64,000 bases of DNA from Octopus sinensis (lineage: Eukaryota), in NCBI RefSeq assembly GCF_006345805.1, contig NC_043005.1, positions 21,452,001 through 21,516,000 on the forward strand, given 5' to 3'. The notes below the pieces were generated by a model that had not been told where the DNA came from, made no database searches, and saw nothing but the letters and a program-made list of their open reading frames with translations. The translations under genes and the position numbers were made by a program. Within the stretch, counting starts at the first letter, position 1. Each line of letters opens with the position of its first letter. This document shows, piece by piece, positions 11,061-23,555 of the stretch.

Positions 11061-14000
11061 TAGTAGTAGTAGTAATTTCAAATTATGGCACAAGGCCAGC
11101 AGTTTTGAAGGGACAATATTAGTTTGTGACTCAGACCTCAGTTCTTGACTGGTATTATAGTGTATTCACACCAGAGGGATGGAAGGCAGTTTTTCCTGAA
11201 AGAGTTTGAATTTGGAATGTTATGAGATAGAAGACATACAGCATGGCAACATGGCTTTTGCAGGGTGTTTCACTATTAACTGTTCTCCTTATTCTGATAC
11301 ACAAAATAACAGCTCTTTTTATCACCTACCATTATACCCACATGAAAAGAGTACACCTTCCCATGCAACTAGAATTAGAGAAGTTTCAGCTAAGACTAAA
11401 GAGCTCACACAACATAAAATAAGATTAAGTCCATAGTATTAAAAAGAAAACAGTTAGCAAATTCACTTATATTGATCTCAAGTATTTTATCTTTCCTATC
11501 AGGACCCTTTCTTCTTGATATACTGTGTTCAGGGAAAATTCAATAGATTTAGAAACCTCAGTATTAGAGTACTAATGAATACCAAGATGCCATTTCTATT
11601 ATGATGAATCTTTGTTAGTCAAAAAGAAATGTGAGCCATTTCTTTACATATCTATGAGGAACTTTAACTGGGTCAGAGTCAGCCTCAAAAAGTTCATTCT
11701 AAGGCTAGGTTCATACAGAAACAATTGCTTAACAATTTCAAGTTATATGAATAGCCATTCCATCAATATATTTAGAAAGAGTTTAATAGGTTTCTTCAAG
11801 AAGTTTGATTTAAACATAAGGATTACTACCAATATAACAACATTCAATTAAATTGACATCACTTCAATCTTCAAGTTAGGTATCACACAGAAAACTGAAT
11901 AAGAGAACAGACACCAGCATAAGAATTTCAGTTCTTACTCCCAAGCTATAATATAAAACTTAGTAACAAGCATTACTAATACAATCTCCAATTTAACCAG
12001 AAAATAAGACATTTCAGACATTTTTTAAAAGTACAAGATGTTAGCTAGGACTGACTTTAGTAAGAAATAAAAACAAAGCATCCTCCACATCTGAAGGGAT
12101 TTAATATGATAAAATAAACTGAGCCAGTCCTCCCTTCAGCTAAAATGTCTCCATGAATACGGCCAAGAACTATTTATTACACATTAGACATAATTTCTCA
12201 AGCACTCATAAGTATCATAAACTTATGAATGTGCATACTATTAAAGTTTGTTATCCATATGTACATAGCACGTATTGAATGTACAATAGGAAAAGCCTGC
12301 ATATATCCAGGCTTTATCCCAGAACACCCATCTCCAGGTGACTGTCAATATCAATCCACCTCTCTACTGTGAGAATTCGGTCTTTCTAACACGGTGGTAT
12401 ATAGTTTAACCATCACATCTAATAGTTTCTGAATGAATTACTGGATCATACAACCAGTGGCTTCAAGGCAAGTTGACATTTCTCCTGGAGCTGGCAGAAG
12501 ACAAACACCATGTCCATGGTGTTTTGGTTTGTTCTAAAATAACAGTGGTTCTCAGGAAGATGATCCACAGCAATGGTCAATGTTAGTCTATTGAGTAGTA
12601 TTCAAGCCAGGATCTTTCCTGTGATGGTGGGGTGATGCCTCTGTAATTGGAGCTATATAACTTTTCTGCTTATTCTTATAAATTGTGATGTTGATTGCAT
12701 TATTGATGTCTGGAGGAAGTATACCATGCTCCCAGCATTATTCAAAAATAAATTGTCCTTTAAAAAGTAATTATGCATCAGATGCTATATGACATTTAAT
12801 GTGTGTGAGTAGGAAATGTATTCCTTATTTTCTTCCTTTTTCCTTTCTAGCGAATGATGAGGTTTTACGAATTAAAAGCACTTCCATACCTGGGCAGGAT
12901 ACTTTTGGACGGCTGGAAAATGTGAGCTTAAAGGAGTGTCATAAAGTTTGTCATCAAACTCCAAGATGTAGATCTTTTGAGTATAAGGAAAAAGCTAAGA
13001 CCTGTAGTCGAAGTAATGTAACTCACTTGACACATGACCTTGAACCCAATAAAGAGAATTGGGATACTTACATCATTAACCCAGGTCAGTAGAGTTTTAT
13101 TTATTTTATTTATTGTGTGTTTCCACACATATATGTGTGTGTTTGTGTGTACTTACACATACGTACAAGTGTGCATACGATATACATACATATATCATCA
13201 CCATCATCATTTAACATCTGTTTTTTTATGCTGGTGGGAGTTGGCTGGTTTGACAGGAGCTGGTAAGGCCAAGAACTACACAAGGCCCCATTGTCTGTTT
13301 TGCATGGTTTCCAAGTTAGAGAGATAAAGGGAGCAGGTGAGTGAGAGGGTGAAATAAAGTGAGCAATAGTGAAAAAAGATGGTGATGAAGACGTGCTGAG
13401 GCATGCCCTTGACGGATATCGTTGGCGGAGGTGAGAATAAGTAAGGTGATACAGAGGATGAGTGGGTGATAAAGAGGTGACAGAAACAAATGATGTGTGA
13501 AATATAAGAGAGACTTGGGTTGGGGTTGCAGTAGATATGAGACAGCATTCTGGATGATAGCAAATAAGCAAGGTGTGAATGAATGAGAATAACACAGAGG
13601 CAAGACGGGACAGAAAGGTGGTGATTGGTGGAGACAGTAGGTGGGGGGAAGAGAATGAAAAATGGAAGAGTTTTTATGAGGATGTGGAGGGCAAAAGGAA
13701 GGCAACTGAGAAAGCAGGGGTATGTAGTATGAGCCTACTCTGCTCTCAGGTGATAGAGAAGTGATGGGTGTTAGGGGATGAAGTGTGGGGAGGAAGGTAG
13801 ACAGGTCAGAGAGGATGGCAGTGGGGGAGGAACAGAGTCCCTCATGGACAAGCATTACCTAGGTGATTTTAAGATCAATTTCGCTGTGGTGGATGGGTCT
13901 TCTGGAGGTGCCAAATATCTTGGTCCTATATAATTTCCTTCATTAGGCTCAACTTCTTTATGCAGCTGTCTACATCCATACACACCACATAATGAAATCA

Positions 14001-17000
14001 ATGCTTGCACACTGCATCTAATTGTTTTTATGCCTGACTTTTCTCTTAATACATGAGTGCTCTGTTGCACATGTACACTGACTTTTCACATCCAGTGGAG
14101 CAACTAACGTCATTCCTCTCTATTCTTTGCATGTACTCTGCATTCAAGGCCTACATCTCACTGCCATATAGCATTACTGCTGTACATACATAATCATCAT
14201 ACAGTCTTCATTTCACTCAGAGAGAGACAAGTTTGGTTGCCAACAGAGATAAAAACTGTCTGAATTTTCTCCATCCTATTCTTATTTGAGCAATTGCACT
14301 GCTGAACTAAGTGGCAGAAATTGTCTACTGCCTTTAGAGAGCCTGAAACAAATGTTAACAAAAATATGCATTCACTGATATTCCTAGCAATAATAATAAA
14401 TCAATGATAACATGGTAAAAAAAAAAAGACAGAAGCATTAGGATTTTCTGTCAATGAAATGGGGGGATCAAAGGAAGAAAATAAAATGATTGGGCAGCAA
14501 GTTACATATTATCAACAAAAGAAAGAGAAATTTGTTAAGGGACTTTTCTCTGAACATGTAGAATAGGGAAAGGAAAAAAGAATCTTTGTTCATATTTGCT
14601 CACCAGCAAAAATATATTGAAGGCAGGTGCTCATGGGTCTTTGCTTCAAACACATGGGTTCATCTAGAAGGAGATTTTAAAATCTATGTGCACAAACAAG
14701 AATTTGAATAAGCTTTCATACTTCCACTACTATGACTATGATAATCAATAATGATATTTATTGGTATGGACTCTGACAGAATGGGGAGAAACTGTAGTGA
14801 AGCAGCAGAAATAAATAATGTTGTAAAAAAATAATCTAAAAACTGAAGCATTGGGATTTTCTATCAATGAAACCAAGGGATTGAAGGGAGAAAATAAAAC
14901 GATTGAGTAGGAAGTTACATTTTATTGACAAGAGAAAGAGCAATTTGTACATATATACATACATGCAGGCATAAATAAATAAATAAATAAATACATACAT
15001 ACATACATACATACATACATACATACATACATACATACATACATACATACATACATTCATTCATTCATTCATTCATTCATTATGACTGCCCCCTCGTTAT
15101 CGGGTATGGCCATTGCACGAAGCTTAACTGTTACTAGTACTGTGATCGAATGTGACTTTTTAGCCCAGCTAAAGATCTACAATGTCTTGTACAAAATTGG
15201 CAACTAAGACCTTTACTGGTAATAGCCGGCTGTAGTTGTAACTGGGCTTCATGTACCTTTGCATGTCGTTTAAGTCCTCCTGCCGAAATACACTCTCTTC
15301 CACATGCCCGACAGATATGATTAGTATGGTGTGTTACACCACCACCAGTGGCCAGGTTGTCACTCATCTGTCTCATTTTATGACTACGAAGATGACTCAT
15401 GAGTCCAGCTTTACTGAGGCAGGGTCTTGCACAGACATTGCATGTCAGAATCAAAGGATGACCCTCCCTTCTGGAAGTGTAACAGCAATGCTCTTCCTGA
15501 CATCCCTCCTTACTTTCTCATGTGCAACTCAAGATTTCTCAAACGTGGCTGTCCCCTCATGCACAATCCTTCTCCACCTGCTACGATCAATAGCTATGCC
15601 TTCCCATGTGTCAGGAGAGATGCAAGCATCTCTTAAGGAAGCCTTCAGTAAGTCCTTATACTTCTTTTTTGGTTTATGTGGAGGTCGTTCTCCTTTAGCT
15701 AACTCTCCATAAAAGAGTTGTTTTGGCATCCTTGAATCCTACATTCTGACCAGATGACCACTCCATCTGAGCCTTTGCTTAAACACAAGAGCTTCTATAC
15801 TTACACATCGAGAGCCTTTGAGTATTTCAAGATCACTGATGCGGTCATCCCACTTAATGCTATAGATCCGTCTGAGGCACATCTGATGGAAACGTTTCAG
15901 ATGTTTAAGGTGGGATCGATATGTGACCCACGTCTTGCAGGCATAGAGAAGAGAAGGGAGCACACATGCCTTGTACACCTTTATCTTTGTCTTTCTGCAT
16001 ATGTCTCGCCGACTCCAGAGGTGCTTTTCTGGCCTTCCGAAAGCAACACTTGCTTTCCTAATTCTATATGGAACTTCATCATCCACATTGCCATATCTAT
16101 TAATAGTGCTTCCCAGGTAGACAAACTGAGCGACTACATCAAGTCGTTTACCATTCACATAGATATTTGGTACACTATACTGCTTACCAGGGGCAGGTTG
16201 ATGCATGACAACAGTTTTCTTGAGATTGACTGTCAATCCTAAGGCAGTGCAAGCATCAGAGAATGCATTCAAAATGTGTTGCATGTCAATCTCTGTGTGT
16301 GCTACTAGCTCACAATCATCAGCATACAAAAGGTCTCTTATGATAGAGGTAAATATCTTTGTTTTTGCAGCAAGGCGCCTGATACTAAATATGCTGCCAG
16401 AGGTTCGATAATGGATGTAAACACTGTATCTGCAGTTTCTGAATGCAATACAGAACACCATCGCGAAATATATGGAAAATAGGGTCGGTGCCAGAATATC
16501 CCCCTGTTTCACTCCATTTTGTATTGAAATGGGCTCCGACATCTTCCCTCTAACATTCACCCTACCATTCATGTCTTCATGAAAAGACCTAACCAAAGCA
16601 AGGAACTTTTCAGGACACCCAAGTTTCTGGAGGACTTTCCACAATGCTTTTCTATTGATGGTATCAAAGGCTTTTGTCAGATCGACAAACACCTGATACA
16701 AATCCAGACCCTGTTCCACACACTTTTCCTGAAGCTGTCTAGCTGAAAAGATCATATCAGCAGTGCCACATCACACACGAAAGCCAGATTGACTTTCTGG
16801 AAGAACACAATCTGCAATGAATTTCAGCAGATGATCCAGAAGTATCCTGCATAAAACCTTTCCTACAGCAGACAGCAATGATATTCCCCTATAATTACCA
16901 CAATCATTCCTGTTGCCAGATTGACTTTCTGGAAGAACACAATCTGCAATGTATTTCAGCAGATGATCCAGAAGTATCCTGCATAAAACCTTTCCTACAG

Positions 17001-20000
17001 CAGACAGCAATGATATTCCCCTATAATTACCACAATCATTCCTGTTGCCCTTTCCCTTATACAGGACCACCATTACTGCATCTCTCCAGTCCTCAGGTCC
17101 ATACCTTACCACTAGTCCATACCTTACCAAACAAAGAGTGAAGTTTCTGCAGAATTTTCTCACCACCATGCTGTAACAACTCCGCATGTATGCCATCATA
17201 CATACATACATACATATATACATGCATGCATATATGTATGTACCGTCATAGAGGTCAGCTGCCATGTGGATATAAATATCTCTTTGAAAATCCTTTGGTC
17301 AGCATGCCACAACTCTCTGCTTTGATGGTATCCTGCAATTTCTGCAGCAGAGAAGCATATGCCACGTAAATCGTGGTGCCCTTTGCCAGAGAATATCTAT
17401 GGACAACTGCTTCAAAACCTCCTACTTCTGTATCCAGAACATGAGTTCATATTCATACTAATAATATTTGGAGCACTAGGTTTTGTTAGTAAATGCTTAA
17501 AAGAGAATCTGGATAAACTGGGATTTTCAGAAAATTCATACATAATTCAGCTAATTCATACATAATTTAGTTAATTCATACATTACAAGTGCAATCTGTG
17601 AGTGGAACAGTAAAAATATGCAAGACTTTTCTCAAGTTCCAAATCTGAATTTGTGTTAAGTACTTCCCAAAGATGGAGCCTTGTCTCTTTGTTGGAAACT
17701 GGCAGTGGAAAATTTATAACAGTTAAACAATAGAAGAGACATACACACATACATACATACTTCATCCTCATCATTATAATTTTCCATGCTGACGTGGATT
17801 GGATGGTTTGACAGGAGCTGGCAAGTCAGAAGATTGTGCAAAGCTCCACTGTCAGCTATGACATAGTTTCTATGGCTGGATGACCTTCCCAATGCTAACT
17901 ACGTGGAGTGTTCATTAAAAATTTCCCTTGACTCACTTCCCAAGGACAAGGATAAATGAAACTTGGCATGGTTATTAGTCCTTCTCTACTTAACCACTAC
18001 CACCAATGGTAACACACTTCTCCCACCATTTTATGCAGCTGTGAAGACCTCATCTATAGAAGTCAGTATGTTGCATCTGGAGCTAAGACTTTACCTCAGA
18101 AATAAGTTCATCATCATCCAAAAAGTGCTTCCACTTCAAAAAAGACTCCATGTTTGGAAAGACATGGAGGTCAGATTATGTGAGATCAGGAGAGTAAGGG
18201 GGATAAGAAAGGATTTCATAATTGCAGGAGTGTGTTTTCATCTGGGCAACATGCACATTGTGAACTAGGGCATTGTCTTAGAAGAAGTGGACTCCTTTGG
18301 TCAGCATGCCACTCTGCTTTGATGGCATCCCACAATTTCTGCAGCAGAAAAGCATAATATGCCATGTAAATTGTGGTGTTCTTGCCAGAAAATCCATCAT
18401 CACTATTCTGTGCTAGTCCCAAAAGACTGAGCTTCACCTTACCTGCTGAGAGTTGAACATGAGCCTTCTTTGGAGGAGCTAAGTTATCATGCTTCCATTG
18501 CTTTGACTGGACTTTAGTCTCAGGATAATAGTGATTGACCTATGTTTCAGCCAGTGTGATAAGTCTGCCAAAAATAGTCCTCCTCATTTTCTTGGCACAT
18601 TACCAAAAGAGCTTGGGAGCAATTGATTTATTCCTGCTTTTGAAAAGGTGTGAGCATCTGGGGAATCCATGCAGACAACTTCTGCAAATGCAAATGGTCA
18701 AGAATGATTTTTTCCATGGACCTCACACTTATCCTCACTTCTTGGGCTAGTTTCTGAATAATTATGCAGTGATCCTCCAAAATGGTGGCTTCCACTTTAT
18801 GGAGGATCTCATCATCAATGGCAGAATGTGGTCATCCAGGAATAGGAGCAGTTTCCACCGATGTCCGACCACATTTGAACTGATGATGCTAGTGCTTGAC
18901 TACATTGTATGATGGTGCATTGTCACCATAAACTTCTTTCATTTCATTGAAAGTCTCTTTTGGTGTACTACCTTTCAAGTTTAAGAATCTAATCACTGAT
19001 TTACATTCAACTACATCCATTATAACACCGTAGTCCACTTCAGCAGCCATAAAAGATAAATGAATACTAGTGGAAAGTAGCAATTTAAAATGTGAAATGT
19101 TGAGATATGACTATATTTGTACAAATTCTGTTTCCTGCAATAACCAGAAGTGACTCAGGGAAAATCTTTAATGAACACCCTTCGTACTTTATAGAGTGTA
19201 CTGGGTACTTTTTATGCAGCATCAGCAGCAGTGAAGTCACCAAATATTTTACAAGACAAGACCTCTTGGTTGAGGTGGACAGTAGTATTAAAGATGGTGG
19301 CTCTGTGCCAGATGAGATTTTAAAGTAAGAGCAGTGAGATAGAAACAAACATCTAGTAGTAAAGAAGAAACATGGCCACTTCAGTAGGAGGAGGTGGAGG
19401 ACAAAGAATGGAGCCAGGGAAAAGAGAGAGAGGAAAGATGAAGATGTCACAAGGAGAACATGCAGGTTATAGGAAGGTGTGCAGGTGGTATTCGTTCATA
19501 ATTTTGTTGTCTAAATTATACAAAAATGAAAATAACATTGACATCTCATTTTAAGATATATTTACCAAAATTGCATAAAAATATCTTGAAATACTAAGGA
19601 GTAAATTTATTCAATACAATCGCCATTGGCTTCAGTCACATTCTCCAGATGACTTTGGGATCTCCTGCAAATCTTCTGGATTGTTTCCTTGTTTAAATTG
19701 GTGAGTACTGTCATAATCCTTGCCTTCTGTTCATCTTTGGTGTCACAAGGAGTTTTGTTGGTCTCTCATTCAACTGTACCCCATGCATAATAAAAATGGG
19801 GGTTGTAGCCTGGGAGGTTAGTTGGCTAAAGGTTAGGGGTGGTGTGGTTGCAGAAATTGTCTGACAGCCATGACTGGGTTATCTTGCTTGTGTGACAGGT
19901 ACAGAGTTCTGTTGCCAGACATAGGGTCTTCCAGCAGCCACCCTTTTGACCCAGGGCAGCACTACCTCCTGTAGGCACTTGATGTAGACCTCCGTGTTGA

Positions 20001-20070
20001 GTCTCAGGCCATGTGGTAAAATGAATGTAGGCATAACATCGCATCACTAGGGATCACTCCAAACACCATG

Positions 20071-20144
<74 letters not shown>

Positions 20145-20155
20145 CACACATACAT

Positions 20156-20188
<33 letters not shown>

Positions 20189-23100
20189 GGTAGGTAGGCA
20201 GGCAGGCAGGCAGATTACTGTTCCATTATAGGTAGAATCAACAAAAAAAAAACTACACCATCCAGTGAGATAACAATCATTTAAAATAAACAGTATTTAG
20301 ATATGAGCTACTACTAACAGTTTCATACTGTGAAAACACAAAAATTCATCAGAGTAATATATCATGCTTGATGGATTACTTCAGGACAAAGTTAGGACAT
20401 ATAAATCTGCTGAATTATTGTGTTTCTACTATATGAAGTTATTAGTTGCTCATACTGAAATTCTGTGATTATTAAATGATACATCTATATGTGTGTGTGT
20501 GTGTCTAGTTTTGACAGTGGCTTCAAAGTTTCAGCTATCTAAGTCATCATTGGACTGCAGTACATTTGAGTTAAAATTTAAGTTAAAATTTTCTCAGTTA
20601 AGCTGAGTTCTGTTGAATGATAATCATGTTGTACAGTAGGCCATGATGGCAAGGCATTATGGAGAAGCTTTAGTGATCAAATTTGGAGGTGCACTATTAG
20701 CCACAGATGTAGAATTTAGTAGCCAGGTGTGTATGCTTAGGTGCGTACGCTTCAGATAATAGGTGTTCACAAAAGATTGTAGTTAGGTTGAAGGTGTATG
20801 TTGATTAGCAGATGTGTCACCCAGTTCAGTTGCTCTTATTTTTATTTGGATATTAATGGAATACTTAATCTTTCATTTTTAGAACATGAAGGTTAAAATT
20901 CAAACTCCAGTCTTTGTAATTAGGTGTATTATTTAGGTGTATCAGCTTTTATGTAATGAGATTTTAAAGTTTACAAAGGTGATAAGTTTTAGTTTGTTGG
21001 CAAGCTGGTGTTATTTAGGTTTGTTCACCTGTTTGTATTAAGAGGATGTTGGTTATCCCTTAGGGTAGCCCCTAAATACAAAGGTTAAAATTTGTAGTGT
21101 ATTTTTATATTTCTTCTATATGCTTTCAATATGGATATTTTATAATATATAATTTTTAATTTATTAACACATGCAAAAGTAGGCATTGTTAAGAATGTGC
21201 AAAAAATTCTAAGCAAGATTATTCCTCTATTCTCTTTGCATATATGTATGTGTGTTTGTGGATGTGTGTTCATATTTTAGAACATTTTAGTGTAGAGCTG
21301 TAATATCAGTTATGTGTAGTATGGAGGTAGTTCATGGTGAAGGCGAAAAGGAGAAAAGAAATGTGGTGAAATATTTTTATATTTCGTTGTTCAAAAAAAA
21401 CAACAAAAAACAACTGATTTGAAATGTTTTAGTGTTTTAAAAATTTTGTGATTTAAAGTTTCAGTTTAGAATTTGGTTCTTGAATATAAGAATGTGGTAA
21501 GATTCATTGGTACAAAGCTGGCAGGGTTTGTTGTTACCTTTGAGTGGTTGCATGAGTAACAATATTTTGCAGTTAATGGTAAAAGGAATATTTCTTGATT
21601 TTGAAGTCCATTTAGGTTTGGTTAGTGAAGTACTGTTTTTATCATTTAAGTTGCAAATGTGGTGGTTGTATCATGTTTTGAGGTGGTTTTCTGTAGACCC
21701 TATATATGTGTGGATGTAGTACTTAGTGTAGTGTTTGAGATTATACTTGCACAATAGAATATTGCTTAAGAGACAGTTACATTCTAAAGGGCAGGATGAA
21801 GAGGTTCTACAGTTGCAGTTGTTGCCATGTTTGGGTTTTGATCCTCAGTGCTTCACAGTCTATTCTAAAAACAAAAGTCTCAATATCCCATTAATATACA
21901 AATAAAACCAACAGCTAAACTTGGTGAAACATACACCTTAGTGAAACATGCTGATCAACATACACCTTCAACCTAACTACATTCTTTTGTGAACCCTTAT
22001 TGAATGAAGAATACACACTTAAATATATACACCTGGCTACAAAGTTCTACATGCATGAATGAACTAGAAACAATAGAATGACCCTAAATTTAATTATCAA
22101 AACTTTTCCATAACTCATTGCCTTCACACCCTCCTGCACAACATAATTATCATTTAACAGAACTCAGCTTACCCTAGGAAATTTTGACTGAACAGAGATT
22201 ATATAAAGCCAAAATGAATGCAAATGTATCACAGTCCAATGAAGGCTTAGCTGGTCGAAACTTCAAAGTCACTGTCAATGCAATTCTTGTTAAAGAATTA
22301 TATGTGTGTGTGTGTGTGCACACATGTATTCACTATCTTCATGTAAGATCACAGTGGCTTTCACATCAAGTCACAATACATTCATTCGGCTTAAATATAA
22401 CTTTATATACATAGATATTTATATAGCTGATTCTATTGTTGATAGAATTAAAGAAGAAATTTCAGGGGAGGAACAAAGATTGAAATCGAAGTGCCTAAGA
22501 GTTAATTTAGACCAAAGTCATAGTGAGCAGGAAAGCATATAAATTACTAATCCTAACAAGAAAATGGCTCTGCTCAATATGTTGAAAGGTTGTAGGTAGA
22601 AATTCCATATGATTTTCCCAGTGCAAGTTGTAGACACATAAGTGGAATTACTGGAATTTTAATTTTAAAAAAATCTTTACATATGTCAGATGTGCAGAAA
22701 CAATAAACACTAAACCTCACAAGAAATAGATTTCCTTAAAGTCTAGGAAGATCCTTAGAAATAGTAGATAGTTTTTATTAAGTAGGGACTTAATTTGTAG
22801 GGGAGAAGGATGCTCTAAGAGTGAAGTTGCTAGAATCAGATCTGGCTGGGAAAGTGCAGAGAGCTATTACTTTTGTTGATAAGAAAGGTCCTTTCTCTCA
22901 GAGTAAAAGGTATGATGCTTATGTTCAGACATAAGTGCTACATGGCAGCATAATGTCAGTAGGTTATGTGCAACAAAGTGTGTTTTGAGAGAAAAATTGG
23001 GCATAAGAGGCATCAGATGTAATATGCAAGAGAGAAGACTTCACTGGGATTGTGTGATGCTTATGGATGAGTACAGCTGCAAAAAGAATTATTGATCACT

Positions 23101-23523
23101 AATTGTAAATGAAACTTGTGATAGAGGAAAACCCAGGAAGATGTGGGACAAAGTGGTAAAAAATGTGCTTCAGTTGTTGAACTTCTTGGAAGAGGTTATA
23201 AAGGACAAAGATGATTGGCAAGTTCTTATGCTTGAGAAAATACATCTAAGTGAAACTGGAACCTTAAAGGTGCATCATATATGTCTTCACCCATACTCAT
23301 GATTTGTTCCTGACAAATCACACCCTAACAACTCATTTTCTTAATATCCTCCTCTCCACCCATGTTTTTCACTTACTACATTCCCTTCTCCCTCCAACTC
23401 TGTTTTTGCTCTCTCATGAAATTATCTGCCCATTCATCCTATTCAATCCTCTGTACCACTTCACTTAATTACTCTGCCCTGCAAACTGATGATATGCCCA
23501 GACACATCTTTATCATCATCTCA

Positions 23524-23555
<32 letters not shown>

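Noticed and set aside
13310-13855. Long overlapping ORFs in purine-rich tracts (also 47930-48560)
   Set aside because: Strand-biased low complexity typical of decayed L2/CR1-like LINEs; no conserved motif I can support
15134-15454. C2H2 zinc-finger ORF as a host transcription factor
   Set aside because: Contiguous with the RTE-BovB-like RT and tail; such C-terminal fingers are part of the element
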